This document shows positions 8,320 through 18,587 of a DNA stretch of 40,781 nucleotides, in pieces (the stretch's first letter is position 1; each line of letters starts with the position of its first letter). Origin of the DNA: Candidatus Pyrohabitans jungbluthii (GTDB lineage: Archaea; Hydrothermarchaeota; Hydrothermarchaeia; Hydrothermarchaeales; BMS3B); NCBI GenBank assembly GCA_002010065.2, contig MTMD02000012.1, forward strand, positions 1 through 40,781, given 5' to 3'. Below the pieces are notes generated by a model. The model was not told the DNA's origin, did not search any database, and was given only the letters and a program-made list of their open reading frames with translations. Made by a program: the position numbers and the translations under genes.

Positions 8320-9690
8320 ATGAGCGGGCATAAATTGGGCATTATGAAATCCTTGAAGGCGCTCTCTCCTATCAAAATCACAGCCATATACATGCTGGTG
8401 GGGGGACTGTGGATACTGTTATCAGACAGACTGCTGGTCGCTTTTGTCAGGGATCCAGAGGTACTCACGCATATGCAGACTCTTAAGGGCTGGATCTACG
8501 TTGCTGTTACAGCAGTGCTTCTATATCTGCTAATCAGCTACAATACGATGGTTATACGGCACTCGGAGCAGGCAATGCGGGAGAGTGAAGAAAGATACCG
8601 TCAGACTGTGGAAAATTCGCCAAACCCGATTTTCTCTGTTGACAGGGAGGGTGTTATACAGTCGTGGAATAAGGCATGTGAAAATATCTTTCAATACAGC
8701 AGAAAGGAGGTAATTGGTGCGAAGTATCACATGCTCTTGAACCCGGAGGAGCGCCGCACCATCGAGGGTATGTTGAACCAGGTATTTGAGGAGAAACGTT
8801 CATTCAGCAACGTAGAGATTTCATACAGGTGCAGGGACGGAACAGAACGTTTCATGGTTTCCCGATTGTACCCTCTGCTGGATTATGAGGGGTGGGTTAA
8901 GGCATGTGTTTTTGCCAATACAGACGTTACAGAACGCAAACGTGCTGAGGAGGAATTGAAGAGGGCCTATGAAAAACTTCAGCGTGCCCACGAGGAACTT
9001 AAAACACTGGATGAGATGAAGAGCAACATAATCGCCAACGTAAGCCACGAGCTGCGCACCCCCATAACTATTGCAAAGGGTGCCATAGAACTGGTAATGG
9101 ATGAGAAGGATCAGAAAAAGAGGAAGGAGCTTTTGAAAATTGCCCTTAATGCGCTTTTGCGCCAGAACTTTATAGTAGAAGACCTGCTACAGGCAGCGAG
9201 GCTTGAGAGGGGTGAGATGAAGCTCGAAAAAGTGGATATGGCTAATCTAATAAACCGAGTGACTGAGGAGTTCAGACCCATGCTGATGAAGAATAACATA
9301 CAGATGGAGAAGAACGTTGAAGAGGGTCTGTTTGCAACCGCGGACCCAAACCAAATAGAGCACGTGCTAAGAAACCTGATAACCAATGCCATAAAATTCA
9401 ACAAACCTGGGGGAAGTGTCATCATCGAGGCACAGAAAAGGGGGGATATGGTAGAGGTGTGTGTGAGCGACACTGGAATAGGGATACCAGAAGATCAGCA
9501 GGAGAAGATATTTGAGCGCTTCTATCAGGTGGACTCCTCGCCATCAAGGCGGTACGGAGGCACAGGAATGGGACTGGCGATTGTGAAAGAAATAGTAGAA
9601 GCTCATGGGGGAAAAGTAACTGTAGAGAGCAGGCCTGGGGAAGGTAGCAGGTTCTGTTTCACGGTGCCAGCTGCAAGATGGGAGGAGTGA
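8320..9690 (+). CDS. Membrane-anchored PAS/PAC sensor histidine kinase
   Basis: Two N-terminal TMs, PAS domain, H-box SHELRTP, N-box [22 protein letters not shown]. Confidence 0.95.
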   Translation: MSGHKLGIMKSLKALSPIKITAIYMLVGGLWILLSDRLLVAFVRDPEVLTHMQTLKGWIYVAVTAVLLYLLISYNTMVIRHSEQAMRESEERYRQTVENSPNPIFSVDREGVIQSWNKACENIFQYSRKEVIGAKYHMLLNPEERRTIEGMLNQVFEEKRSFSNVEISYRCRDGTERFMVSRLYPLLDYEGWVKACVFANTDVTERKRAEEELKRAYEKLQRAHEELKTLDEMKSNIIANVSHELRTPITIAKGAIELVMDEKDQKKRKELLKIALNALLRQNFIVEDLLQAARLERGEMKLEKVDMANLINRVTEEFRPMLMKNNIQMEKNVEEGLFATADPNQIEHVLRNLITNAIKFNKPGGSVIIEAQKRGDMVEVCVSDTGIGIPEDQQEKIFERFYQVDSSPSRRYGGTGMGLAIVKEIVEAHGGKVTVESRPGEGSRFCFTVPAARWEE

Positions 9691-9750
9691 TACTGACGGA
9701 GGTGCTTCTTATTGACGACGAGCCTGAGATAAAAAGCATCCTTCGCCCTT
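9687..9750 (+). pseudogene. Truncated response-regulator receiver N-terminus
   Basis: GTG overlapping the kinase stop reads [20 protein letters not shown] and then runs into the convergent gene. Confidence 0.65.
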
Positions 9751-10313
9751 CACTCCCCCTTTGCAAGGTACTCCACTAGGCCGGGAGTGAGCATCAGCTT
9801 CCCCTCATACACCACATAGCCGTAGGGGAGGAGTACGCGCTCATTCTCACTGAGGGAAATCTCAACCTCATGGGTAACCTCTATATCCTCAAGCCTCTCG
9901 CCGAGGTAGATTAACCTCGCCACCAGGGCTGCGGTGTCTATGCTGAGCTGCACCTTGCCAAGATGGCGCGCCCTATCGCTTAGCTCTCGTGTTATGTGCT
10001 CTGCTGTCCTCCCGCGGGGCTTCTCGTACCCCAGGATACCGCCCACCACCACCGCTCTGGCTTTTCTAAAATCCTCCTGCGTGAGGGGCTTCTCAGCACG
10101 CGGATCGAGGATTATCACCTCTTCCTCGCGGAAAAGTTCCCTGAAGCTCTGCGTGTAAACCTCGCCCAGCGTGCGGAGCTTCTCTCCCATGCCAGGAGGC
10201 ACGCTGGTAAAGGTTGCGCCTCCCCAGTAGTGCGATGCGGCGCTGTACTCTAGGTAAAGCCACTCTGAAAGCTCTGGCTCTAGGTTTTCAATCACCAGTC
10301 GAACGCGGCGCAT
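9750..10313 (-). CDS. SPOUT-family SAM-dependent methyltransferase (Sfm1/DUF431-like)
   Basis: VIENLEPELSEWLYLEY, ILDPRAEKPL, VVGGILG, LGKVQLSID, LPYGY. Confidence 0.85.
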   Translation of the reverse strand: MRRVRLVIENLEPELSEWLYLEYSAASHYWGGATFTSVPPGMGEKLRTLGEVYTQSFRELFREEEVIILDPRAEKPLTQEDFRKARAVVVGGILGYEKPRGRTAEHITRELSDRARHLGKVQLSIDTAALVARLIYLGERLEDIEVTHEVEISLSENERVLLPYGYVVYEGKLMLTPGLVEYLAKGE

Positions 10314-10347
10314 GCTTCCACCACTACCCTGGGGATATTTTAACTTT

Positions 10348-11442
10348 TCAATCAAAAACAAGTATCGCCGTTGGAAGGCTGCCGTACATTATATCTATGC
10401 GCTGGGCTGGCTCCGTCTCGAAGAACTCTGGCGCACCCGTAAGGATTACCGCTCGCCGCCACGAGTCGCTGGCCAGGAGGTGGCGCTCAAATTTTTTATA
10501 AAGCCTGGCAATCTTGTACCTGCTGCCTATGCGCAGCCCGTAGGGCAGGTTTGTCACAAGCTTATCGCAGTCCAGGCTTACCCTGGTGGCGTCGCAGGTG
10601 AAAAAGCTCACCGCAACACCTGCGCGCTCTGCATTCTGTCTCGCCCCTGCGACATGCTTGGGTGAGATGTCGCACCCACGTATGGAAAGCTCCCTCTTCC
10701 GCACCCGAGCCTCCGCCTCTGCAAGCATCTCCCTGAACTCCTCTAAGGGCAGAAACTTCAGCTTCCAGAAGAGGAAGCTCTCCCTGCGCAGGAGGTTGGG
10801 CATTCTCCATGCGTAGCGCGCAGCTTCAATGCAGATGGTGCCTGAACCGCAGAAGGGGTCCAGGAGGCTCTCCTCAGCGCTCCACTCAGCGATTCTCACC
10901 AGCGCGTAGGAGATGCTTGGTTTAAGCGGTGCAGGGTGCTGGTAAACGCGGTAGCCACGTCTGTGGAGGCTTTCGCCAGTCGTATCGATGCCAACATAGC
11001 ATTTGCTCTGCCTCACCTCCACGCGCACCACTACATCGGGCGAATCCAGGTTAACTTTCAGCCTCACCCCGCGAGCTTCGGCGTAGCTGTCTATCACCGC
11101 CTGCCCTGCCACGCGGGCGACGTCCAGCGAGGTGAAGTCGTGTTCCCCCATACGCGAGGCTTTGACAGCGAAGCTCTGCTCAGGCGAAAGGTACTCGTGG
11201 AAAGCTATGCCCTTCACAGCGCGATACAGCTCATCCAGCGTGGAGAAGTCGCTTTCAAGGAGGAGGAGCACCACCCTGTGCAGCGAGTTAGAGCAGTAGT
11301 TCAGGGTGAGTATATCGCGGGCGTCGCCGCGCACGCGCAGCCTGCCTTCGCCTGCGACGCTTGCTCGTCTGCGTATAAGCTCGCGAACCTCCTGCGCTGC
11401 AACGCTTTCAATCCCGCGCTCAGTAGTGAGCAGTAGTTCCAT
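10348..11442 (-). CDS. trm14: THUMP-domain tRNA (guanine-N2) methyltransferase, Trm14-like
   Basis: THUMP domain plus DTTGESLHRRGYRVYQHPAPL, LDPFCGSGT, NLPYG. Confidence 0.85.
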   Translation of the reverse strand: MELLLTTERGIESVAAQEVRELIRRRASVAGEGRLRVRGDARDILTLNYCSNSLHRVVLLLLESDFSTLDELYRAVKGIAFHEYLSPEQSFAVKASRMGEHDFTSLDVARVAGQAVIDSYAEARGVRLKVNLDSPDVVVRVEVRQSKCYVGIDTTGESLHRRGYRVYQHPAPLKPSISYALVRIAEWSAEESLLDPFCGSGTICIEAARYAWRMPNLLRRESFLFWKLKFLPLEEFREMLAEAEARVRKRELSIRGCDISPKHVAGARQNAERAGVAVSFFTCDATRVSLDCDKLVTNLPYGLRIGSRYKIARLYKKFERHLLASDSWRRAVILTGAPEFFETEPAQRIDIMYGSLPTAILVFD

Positions 11443-11458
11443 GCTTCCACCTCACCCT

Positions 11459-11471
11459 TAATTATATATAA
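11459..11471. promoter_or_regulatory. Likely bidirectional TATA box between divergent trm14 and clc
   Basis: taattatatataa in a 51-bp divergent gap. Confidence 0.5.
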
Positions 11472-11493
11472 CAGCTTTTACTATCGCCAGAAC

Positions 11494-13296
11494 ATGCGCA
11501 TCCCGCACCTGAATAACCCCGAGTTCAGATACCTCAAAAAGTGGTCCACAATCGCAACGCTCATAGGAATAATCTCCGGCGTGGGTGCAATAGCCTTTTA
11601 TGAGCTTCTCAACCTGGGAACAAGACTCTTCCTCGGCTACGGTGCTGGCTTCTTTCCGCCAGAGGCGGGTATGAGTCTCGAGGAGGTGCTTAACTGGTCA
11701 CCTCCGAGCAATCCCCTGCTCCTCATCCCGGTGATAACCCTGGGTGGGCTTATCTCGGGGTTAATCGTCTTCTCCCTGGCGCCTGAGGCAGAGGGTCATG
11801 GCACAGACGCCGCAATACGCGCCTTCCACCGCGAAGGCGGCAAGATTCGTAGGAGGATACCCCTCGTAAAGATGGTCGCCTCTGTGCTCACAATTTCTAC
11901 GGGAGGAAGCGCTGGTAGAGAGGGGCCAATAGCGCAGATAGGCGCGGGCTTTGGCTCCTTTATTGCAGACGTTTTTAAGCTGAGTGAGCGCGACCGCAGG
12001 ATAGCGCTGGCGGTGGGAATAGGCTCCGGCGTTGGGAGCATCTTCAAGGCACCTCTTGGCGGCGCGCTTTTAAGCACTGAGATACTCTACCACCAGGACT
12101 TTGAAAAGGAGGCGCTCATACCCAGCGTTATCGCAAGCGTTGTGGGCTACTCCATCTTCTGCCTCTACGACGGCTTCTCGCCGGTTTTCGCTGCCCAGCC
12201 CTACCAGTGGAGCCTGGCTCAGATTCCTGTATACATGATTCTCGGTGTAGTCTGTGCTGGCGTGGGTCTGCTGTATATAAAGGCGTTCTACTCCGCGAAG
12301 GCGTTCTTTGATAGTCTGAAAGTAAAGCGACACCTCAAGCCGGCGATAGGAGCCTTCGCCGTCGGTGTGCTTGCGGTTGTGCTGATGAAGCTCATACCGG
12401 AAGCTAATGGTGCCGCCGGCTTGGGAGCGCTGAGCATGGGCTACGGCTTTATTCAGCTTGCCCTGTACAACGCTCTCCCCCTGGAGATAATGTTCACCCT
12501 GATTTTCGCCAAGATAGCCATGACCGCCCTCACAATAGGCAGCGGTGGCTCGGGCGGGGTGTTTGCACCGGGCATGGTTATTGGCGCCATGGTGGGCGGC
12601 ACAGTGGGTGCAGTCTTTGCAAAGCTCTTTCCCTGGCTTGTGCCCCCCGAAGCGGTGCCGGCATTTGTAATAATAGGGATGATGGCCCTCTTCGGTGGAG
12701 TGAGCAAGGCGCCAATCGCTGTGCTTATAATGGTAAGTGAGATGACAGGCGACTACTCCCTGCTATTTCCGGCGATGGTGGCTATAGTGGGCTCATACAT
12801 ACTCACAGGCAAGCACAGCATCTACAGCGAGCAGGTGCCCACGCGAATACACTCGCCTGCGCACGCGGAGGAGTACTTCCGTGACCTGCTGCGCATCCAT
12901 CGCGTGGCTGACGCCATGCGCAGCGAGTTTCCCACAACCGCGAGACAGGAGAGTCTTACTGATGCCATGCTGAAGATGCGCCACGGTGTGAGTGCGCTGC
13001 CCATAATGAGAGAGGGCAAGATAGAGGGCATTGTGAGGCTACGCGATATTGTGCGCGTGCCTATAGAGAAGTGGAGCGATACCCGCGTGGAGGAAGTGAT
13101 GCGGGAGAGCTACTCCACAATAACGCCGGACAAGTCCCTGCACGATGCACTCGACTTCATGGAGCAGCGCGGCGTCGGCACCTTAGTGGTGGTATCGCCT
13201 GAGGACCCGTCCAAGCCCCTGGGGCTGCTCCTTAAGAGGGACGTCATAAAGATTGGAGAGGCAAAACTGGGGAGAAAGAAGGAGGTTAGCACTTAA
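11494..13296 (+). CDS. CLC chloride channel/antiporter with C-terminal CBS pair
   Basis: GHGT, GSAGREGP (gating Glu), GGVFAP motifs; two CBS domains. Confidence 0.93.
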   Translation: MRIPHLNNPEFRYLKKWSTIATLIGIISGVGAIAFYELLNLGTRLFLGYGAGFFPPEAGMSLEEVLNWSPPSNPLLLIPVITLGGLISGLIVFSLAPEAEGHGTDAAIRAFHREGGKIRRRIPLVKMVASVLTISTGGSAGREGPIAQIGAGFGSFIADVFKLSERDRRIALAVGIGSGVGSIFKAPLGGALLSTEILYHQDFEKEALIPSVIASVVGYSIFCLYDGFSPVFAAQPYQWSLAQIPVYMILGVVCAGVGLLYIKAFYSAKAFFDSLKVKRHLKPAIGAFAVGVLAVVLMKLIPEANGAAGLGALSMGYGFIQLALYNALPLEIMFTLIFAKIAMTALTIGSGGSGGVFAPGMVIGAMVGGTVGAVFAKLFPWLVPPEAVPAFVIIGMMALFGGVSKAPIAVLIMVSEMTGDYSLLFPAMVAIVGSYILTGKHSIYSEQVPTRIHSPAHAEEYFRDLLRIHRVADAMRSEFPTTARQESLTDAMLKMRHGVSALPIMREGKIEGIVRLRDIVRVPIEKWSDTRVEEVMRESYSTITPDKSLHDALDFMEQRGVGTLVVVSPEDPSKPLGLLLKRDVIKIGEAKLGRKKEVST

Positions 13297-13753
13297 GCAC
13301 GGAGAAGAAGTCCTCTTCGCGGATATCCTCAGGCACAATGAGTACTGGAATCTTTCTCTTCTTAATTATCTCGGGCAGCAGGGGCTTCTCAACCAGCTCT
13401 TTCAGCCAGCCCGTGGGTGAGTAGCCCACTATAACCAGCTTTATCTCCTCGTCCCTCTCCAGCTCCTTTAACACAACCTCGTGGGAGATTCCCGTCTTAA
13501 CCCTGTACTCGATGTTGAGGCTTAGTCCGCGGAAAACCTCAAGCTCCTTCTTGGCTTTCTCTTCCACCTCCTCTTTAATGGCATCCACACTGCGCTCATG
13601 CAGTCCGCCGCCTATCAGCTCAACGGCATACCTCTCGTCGGCAACGAAGAGCAGCTTTATGTCGTACTTCAGGCTACATGCTAAGCCTATGGTGTAGCGT
13701 TCTACCGCCTTCTTCTCTGACACCCCCTCTGAAGCCAGCAGTATTTTTGCCAC
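13286..13753 (-). CDS. Universal stress protein (UspA family)
   Basis: KILLAS..., LVIVG, and C-terminal IPVLIVP. Confidence 0.85.
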   Translation of the reverse strand: MAKILLASEGVSEKKAVERYTIGLACSLKYDIKLLFVADERYAVELIGGGLHERSVDAIKEEVEEKAKKELEVFRGLSLNIEYRVKTGISHEVVLKELERDEEIKLVIVGYSPTGWLKELVEKPLLPEIIKKRKIPVLIVPEDIREEDFFSVLKC

Positions 13754-13961
13754 ACGCCTCGCCTCCTTTTTGTTTAATAATCCCCGCGAGGCTACTTAAC
13801 TTTTCCGGCGGGGTGACACAGTTGATATTTATAGGATTTTGCTGTAACAGAAAGCTCTGATATAATATTGAGAATAATTAATGAAAACACTTTTCACGTC
13901 TCTGCGTAAAGCATAAATAAACCAATAGTGGTTAAGTAATTAATAGTAAGGGTGAGTGGGA

Positions 13962-14432
13962 ATGGCAACAGCGGATAAGAAACTTAAGATGGTTATCTAC
14001 TATATTGTAAGGGAAATGAATAGATTAGGTTATCACCTTAACAGAACAAAGCTAGTGAAACTTCTTTTCATCATTGATTATATAGCAAAAAAGGGAAGGA
14101 GAATGAGAATAGGCAGGACTATTACAGGCATAAAATATCATTATTATCATTACGGGCCATTCTCCAGAAAGATACCTAGTGCGATACAGGACATGCAAGG
14201 AAAGGAGATTATTGAAAGAGATATTGGTAATCCTTTGGACTTTGCCTCCTATTATGTGTATACTCCTGGAAACATGCCACGCTTCGAGCCAGAATTTGAA
14301 GACAGGGAAAAAGAGATTATTGATTTCGTCATAAAAGAATATGGGCCTTACCCATTGGATTCAATTTTGAAAGTTGTTTATAATCTTCCTGAAATGAGAG
14401 AAGCAAAGCCTCTAGACATAGTTTTGGAGTGA
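13962..14432 (+). CDS. Panacea (DUF4065/SocA-like) antitoxin-domain protein
   Basis: RTKLVKLLFIID...ITGIKY...YGPFS...EKEIIDFVIKEYG; AT-rich. Confidence 0.85.
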   Translation: MATADKKLKMVIYYIVREMNRLGYHLNRTKLVKLLFIIDYIAKKGRRMRIGRTITGIKYHYYHYGPFSRKIPSAIQDMQGKEIIERDIGNPLDFASYYVYTPGNMPRFEPEFEDREKEIIDFVIKEYGPYPLDSILKVVYNLPEMREAKPLDIVLE

Positions 14433-14442
14433 GGGGCAGAGG

Positions 14443-15597
14443 GTGGAATTTGAATCTTCGCCATCAACGTTTGAGGACCTTAAAAATTATTTGTTGAATA
14501 ATAAGTTAATGAAGTTAGAAAATGGTCGATTTAGGATTTCTGACGAAGAAAAACTCAAAGAGTTAGGATTCGGGATATTTCTCTCTTTTTTCTATAGCAA
14601 TATGCCCCCGAGGAGAACTTGGCAATTTATCAAACTTGATAAAAATCATGTGCTCTTTTTAGTACGTGAAGAAAAATTTTTACCAAAGATAAGTGAGTTA
14701 AAATTTATAAAGAATCCTTTTAATGGTATTCCAACAGGGGGTTTGAATTGTAATTTATGTCCAATAAAATACTGGATGCTTTACAATCTCTGCACACTTG
14801 AGACCGACAATGACATTAAAAATGATATAGCCATCGAAATAAATGGACTCCTTAGTGGAAGTAAGGAAAAGTGTCATGAATGCAAAAAAGATATAATAAA
14901 ATGGTTGAAAGAAAAGATAAAAACTAATGGGGTTTATGGGAGTGTATTAGGTGGCAATACATATCTGCTGAATGTAGATTCTAAATTCTTCGAATTTTTT
15001 TATTCACCTGATCCTGAAGGCATAGAATCTTACGATGTAAGTTCAGAGATAGGTGATGAGGTCGATCTAGAAAAACCTACATTAAGAAAACCGAGAACCG
15101 AGACAGCTAGAGAATATAAAGACCCTACTGAAATTTTGTTTAATTCCTTCGTTGTTATGTATATTGCATGTAAAACAGGATGTTCGGTAATTGGAGTAAA
15201 TGCCAGAATGATAAAACCATTTGAAGCTCATGAAATGGATGGTTATCTTTGGGATCCTGAAAATAAAAGGCTCATTGTGATAGAAACATCTCGGGAAATA
15301 AAAATCAATAAGAATCATCTGAAGCGCAAAATATACAATTCTGCACTAATGAACATGGTTGACCATTCAACTTACAATTATCTCTATATCACTTTTGGAA
15401 ATAAAAGCAAAGATTTCACGGAAAATGTAGGACATGTAAGACTAGTCGAAAATTTAGAAAAGAAATATAATGTCCCATTTGCTATAATTGACCTCCCTAA
15501 AAAATATCACAAAGCACGAGAAAAATTTGACCCAAAACTCCTAAAAGAAATCTATAACCATTATATAACATCTATTGAAAGGTTACTAAAATTGTAA
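14443..15597 (+). CDS. Hypothetical protein, two CxxC pairs plus a C-terminal PD-(D/E)XK-like segment; candidate toxin
   Basis: 384-aa AT-rich ORF; CNLC, CHEC; HEMDGYLWDPENKRLIVIETS. Confidence 0.6.
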   Translation: MEFESSPSTFEDLKNYLLNNKLMKLENGRFRISDEEKLKELGFGIFLSFFYSNMPPRRTWQFIKLDKNHVLFLVREEKFLPKISELKFIKNPFNGIPTGGLNCNLCPIKYWMLYNLCTLETDNDIKNDIAIEINGLLSGSKEKCHECKKDIIKWLKEKIKTNGVYGSVLGGNTYLLNVDSKFFEFFYSPDPEGIESYDVSSEIGDEVDLEKPTLRKPRTETAREYKDPTEILFNSFVVMYIACKTGCSVIGVNARMIKPFEAHEMDGYLWDPENKRLIVIETSREIKINKNHLKRKIYNSALMNMVDHSTYNYLYITFGNKSKDFTENVGHVRLVENLEKKYNVPFAIIDLPKKYHKAREKFDPKLLKEIYNHYITSIERLLKL

Positions 15598-15599
15598 AA

Positions 15600-15850
15600 G
15601 TGGACTACACCTATTGAAAAGACGATGGCAGAATCAGCTTCAACCACATGTTCGTATCAAGTATCTTTCGTAGCCAGCAGATTCTCGCCTCCGTGAGGCT
15701 TCAGGCAACATCAGTCACCCTACCACTCTAGGTCCTTCTTCTGAAGCTCTAAGGAAAGTATGCTTCTCTCGAAACTCACTCAGTCCGCTCGCCCAGCTCA
15801 TTCTCGGCTTTTTCTGCATTTGAGAAGGATGTGATGAGTCAGGTGGCATA
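15600..15850 (-). pseudogene. Decayed DUF2281-like antitoxin plus PIN toxin start
   Basis: Fragments SWASGLSEFREKHT/LELQKKDLEW*GD and ILDTNMWLKLIL, with frameshift and stops. Confidence 0.55.
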
Positions 15851-15882
15851 ATGTTTTTAACCCCCTGCATTAAGCTAATCTC

Positions 15883-18507
15883 ATGCCTGAGATAACACCC
15901 ATGATGCGCCAGTGGCACCGCTTCAAGCGGGAGTACAGCGATGCGATAATCTTCTTTCGCGCCGGTGACTTCTACGAGATGTTCCACGAGGACGCTGTGC
16001 TTGCTGCGAGGGAACTGGGCATCACATTAACATCTCGAGGCAGGGAGAGAGGCAAGCCCGTGCCCCTGGCGGGCGTACCCTACCATGCAATGGAGACCTA
16101 CCTGGCAAAACTTGTGAGGAAGGGTTATAAAGTTGCAATATGCGAGCAGGTTGAAGACCCAAAGCAGGCGAAGGGCGTGGTAAAGCGAGAGGTTGTTCGC
16201 GTTGTTACGCCTGGCACGCTGATGGAGGAGAGCCTGCTGGAGGAGAAGAGCAACAACTACCTGGCGGCGCTTCTCGTAGATAAAAGCGGCGCTGGAATTG
16301 CATATGCTGACCTTTCTACAGGGGAGTTCGCATGTGGTGAGTTCTCTGGGGAAGAGGCGGTGGAGGAAGCGTTGAACCAGCTGGTTGCAATCTCGCCAGC
16401 AGAGTGCCTGATTCCCGAGAGCATAAGCGAAGAGCTGGTGGAGAAGCTCGGCAAGCTGCTCCGGGACACCTTTTTCAACCGCGTAGGCGACTCAAGCTTC
16501 AGCTACTCCTCAGCCAGAGAAACCCTCGTCCAGCACTTCGGTGTGGCAAGCCTTGAAGGCTTTGGTGTCGCTGAGCTATCGCTTGGCGTAGCTGCCGCCG
16601 GAGCGGTGCTGGGCTACCTGCGGGAGACCCAGAAGAGTGCGCTGCCCCATATAACAAAGCTGCGCAGGTTGGCGATGCAGGAGCACATGCTTCTGGACGC
16701 AGCCACGCTCCGCCACCTGGAAATAACGCGCAACCTGCGCGATGGCTCCACAAAGGGCACTCTGCTAGAGGTGCTGGACGCGACGACGACTGCGATGGGG
16801 GCGAGGCTTCTCAAGCGCTGGCTTCTCCATCCCCTGACCAATGTTAATAAAATAAGGCGACGCCTCGACGCTGTGGAGGAGCTCTACAACGACTACCTTC
16901 TGCGCGAGGAGCTTCGCGAGGCTCTGAGCAAGGTTTACGATTTGGAAAGGCTTAACAGCAGAATTGCAAGTGGCTCTGCTAATGCTCGCGACTTGGTTGC
17001 GCTCAAAAATTCCCTCAGGGCGGTGCCGGAGATACGCGAGCTGCTATCCCAGAGCAAGAGCGAGCTGCTTAATGAAATAGTGGCGGAGATGCATGCCCTG
17101 GAGGATTTGGTAGAGAAGATAGAGCTTGCTATAGTGGACGAGCCTCCGGCGAGCGTGAGAGAAGGCGGGATAATAAAGCCCGGCTACAGCGAGGAGCTGG
17201 ACAGGCTTAGAGAGGCAGCCACGCAGGGTAAGCGCTGGATCGCCGAGCTGGAGCAGCGGGAGAGGCGAAGAACAGGCATCGCCTCCCTCAAAGTTGGGTA
17301 CAACAGCGTCTTCGGGTACTACATCCAGGTGACAAAGCCCAACCTTCACCTTGTACCCAAGGACTACATACGCAAGCAAACCTTAGCCAACGCGGAGCGC
17401 TTCGTCACGCCCGAGCTAAAGGAGAAGGAAGCCCTCATTCTCGGTGCGGAGGAGCGGGCGGCTAAGCTTGAGTACGAGCTTTTCACCCAGCTACGGGAGG
17501 AAGCCGCCTCCCGGGTGAAGGAAGTTCAGAGCACCGCCCATGCTCTCGCTAAGCTGGATGTGCTCCTGAGCTTTGCGAAGGTCGCCAGCGAAAGGGGCTA
17601 CGTTAAGCCAAGCGTCGACGAGGGAGAGGTAATTGAGATTAAGGAAGGTCGCCACCCCGTTGTAGAGGCTTATCAGCGTGAGTTTGTGCCCAACGACGCC
17701 TACCTCGACTCGGCGAAGGAGCAGATTTTAATCATCACAGGACCAAACATGGCGGGCAAATCAACGTACCTGCGCCAAGTGGCGCTAATTGTGCTTCTAG
17801 CCCAGGTGGGAAGCTTCGTTCCAGCGAAAGAGGCGAGGGTAGGCGTGGTGGACAGGATATTCACCCGAGTTGGTGCTAGCGACGACCTAGCTACTGGACG
17901 GAGCACCTTCATGGTAGAGATGCAGGAGGCGGCGAATATCTTAAACAACGCAACGCAGAGAAGCCTTGTCATTCTGGATGAGATAGGGCGGGGCACGAGC
18001 ACCTTCGATGGGCTCAGCATCGCCTGGGCTGTGGTGGAGTATATACACGAGCGCGTCAAGGCAAAGACGCTCTTCGCCACGCACTACCACCACCTCACTG
18101 AGCTTGAGCAACTCCTGCCTAGGGTTAAAAACTACCACATCGCCGTTAAAGAGCAGGGCAACGACATAATCTTCCTGCGCAAAATAATGCCCGGCTCTAT
18201 AGACAAGAGCTATGGCATCCACGTGGCACGACTTGCGGGCTTGCCCAGAGAGGTTATAGAGAATGCTTCGCAGGTGCTTCGCCGTCTGGAAGAGGAGGAG
18301 GTGGCAGATGACAAGGTCATAGCCAAGCGCCTGCGCAAGCGCAAGCTTGCGAAGGTTTTCGCTGACCAGGCGCAGCGTACCCTCTTCGAGAGCTTCGCAG
18401 CAAAGCCCTCGCCTGTAGAGGAGGAGCTGCGCAGGTTAAACCCCAACGAGATGACACCCCTCCAGGCGCTGGAAACGCTGTTCAAGCTTAAGGAGATGCT
18501 GCGCTAG
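15883..18507 (+). CDS. mutS: DNA mismatch repair protein MutS (MutS1)
   Basis: TPMMRQ, GDFYEMF (mismatch-binding Phe-X-Glu), TGPNMAGKST, STFMVEM, DEIGRGTST, FATHYH, SYGIHVA. Confidence 0.97.
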   Translation: MPEITPMMRQWHRFKREYSDAIIFFRAGDFYEMFHEDAVLAARELGITLTSRGRERGKPVPLAGVPYHAMETYLAKLVRKGYKVAICEQVEDPKQAKGVVKREVVRVVTPGTLMEESLLEEKSNNYLAALLVDKSGAGIAYADLSTGEFACGEFSGEEAVEEALNQLVAISPAECLIPESISEELVEKLGKLLRDTFFNRVGDSSFSYSSARETLVQHFGVASLEGFGVAELSLGVAAAGAVLGYLRETQKSALPHITKLRRLAMQEHMLLDAATLRHLEITRNLRDGSTKGTLLEVLDATTTAMGARLLKRWLLHPLTNVNKIRRRLDAVEELYNDYLLREELREALSKVYDLERLNSRIASGSANARDLVALKNSLRAVPEIRELLSQSKSELLNEIVAEMHALEDLVEKIELAIVDEPPASVREGGIIKPGYSEELDRLREAATQGKRWIAELEQRERRRTGIASLKVGYNSVFGYYIQVTKPNLHLVPKDYIRKQTLANAERFVTPELKEKEALILGAEERAAKLEYELFTQLREEAASRVKEVQSTAHALAKLDVLLSFAKVASERGYVKPSVDEGEVIEIKEGRHPVVEAYQREFVPNDAYLDSAKEQILIITGPNMAGKSTYLRQVALIVLLAQVGSFVPAKEARVGVVDRIFTRVGASDDLATGRSTFMVEMQEAANILNNATQRSLVILDEIGRGTSTFDGLSIAWAVVEYIHERVKAKTLFATHYHHLTELEQLLPRVKNYHIAVKEQGNDIIFLRKIMPGSIDKSYGIHVARLAGLPREVIENASQVLRRLEEEEVADDKVIAKRLRKRKLAKVFADQAQRTLFESFAAKPSPVEEELRRLNPNEMTPLQALETLFKLKEMLR

Positions 18508-18587
18508 TTGTGCACAAAGTTATATTTTTTGCACAGACAGAATGCAAAAATTGCAACTTTAGGCATCGACTGTCGCCCAAACTCGCG

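Noticed and set aside
11443-11494. Fluoride riboswitch upstream of the CLC gene
   Set aside because: No crcB-motif consensus seen; the gap is only 51 bp and the CLC has GREGP rather than the fluoride-type GREGT.
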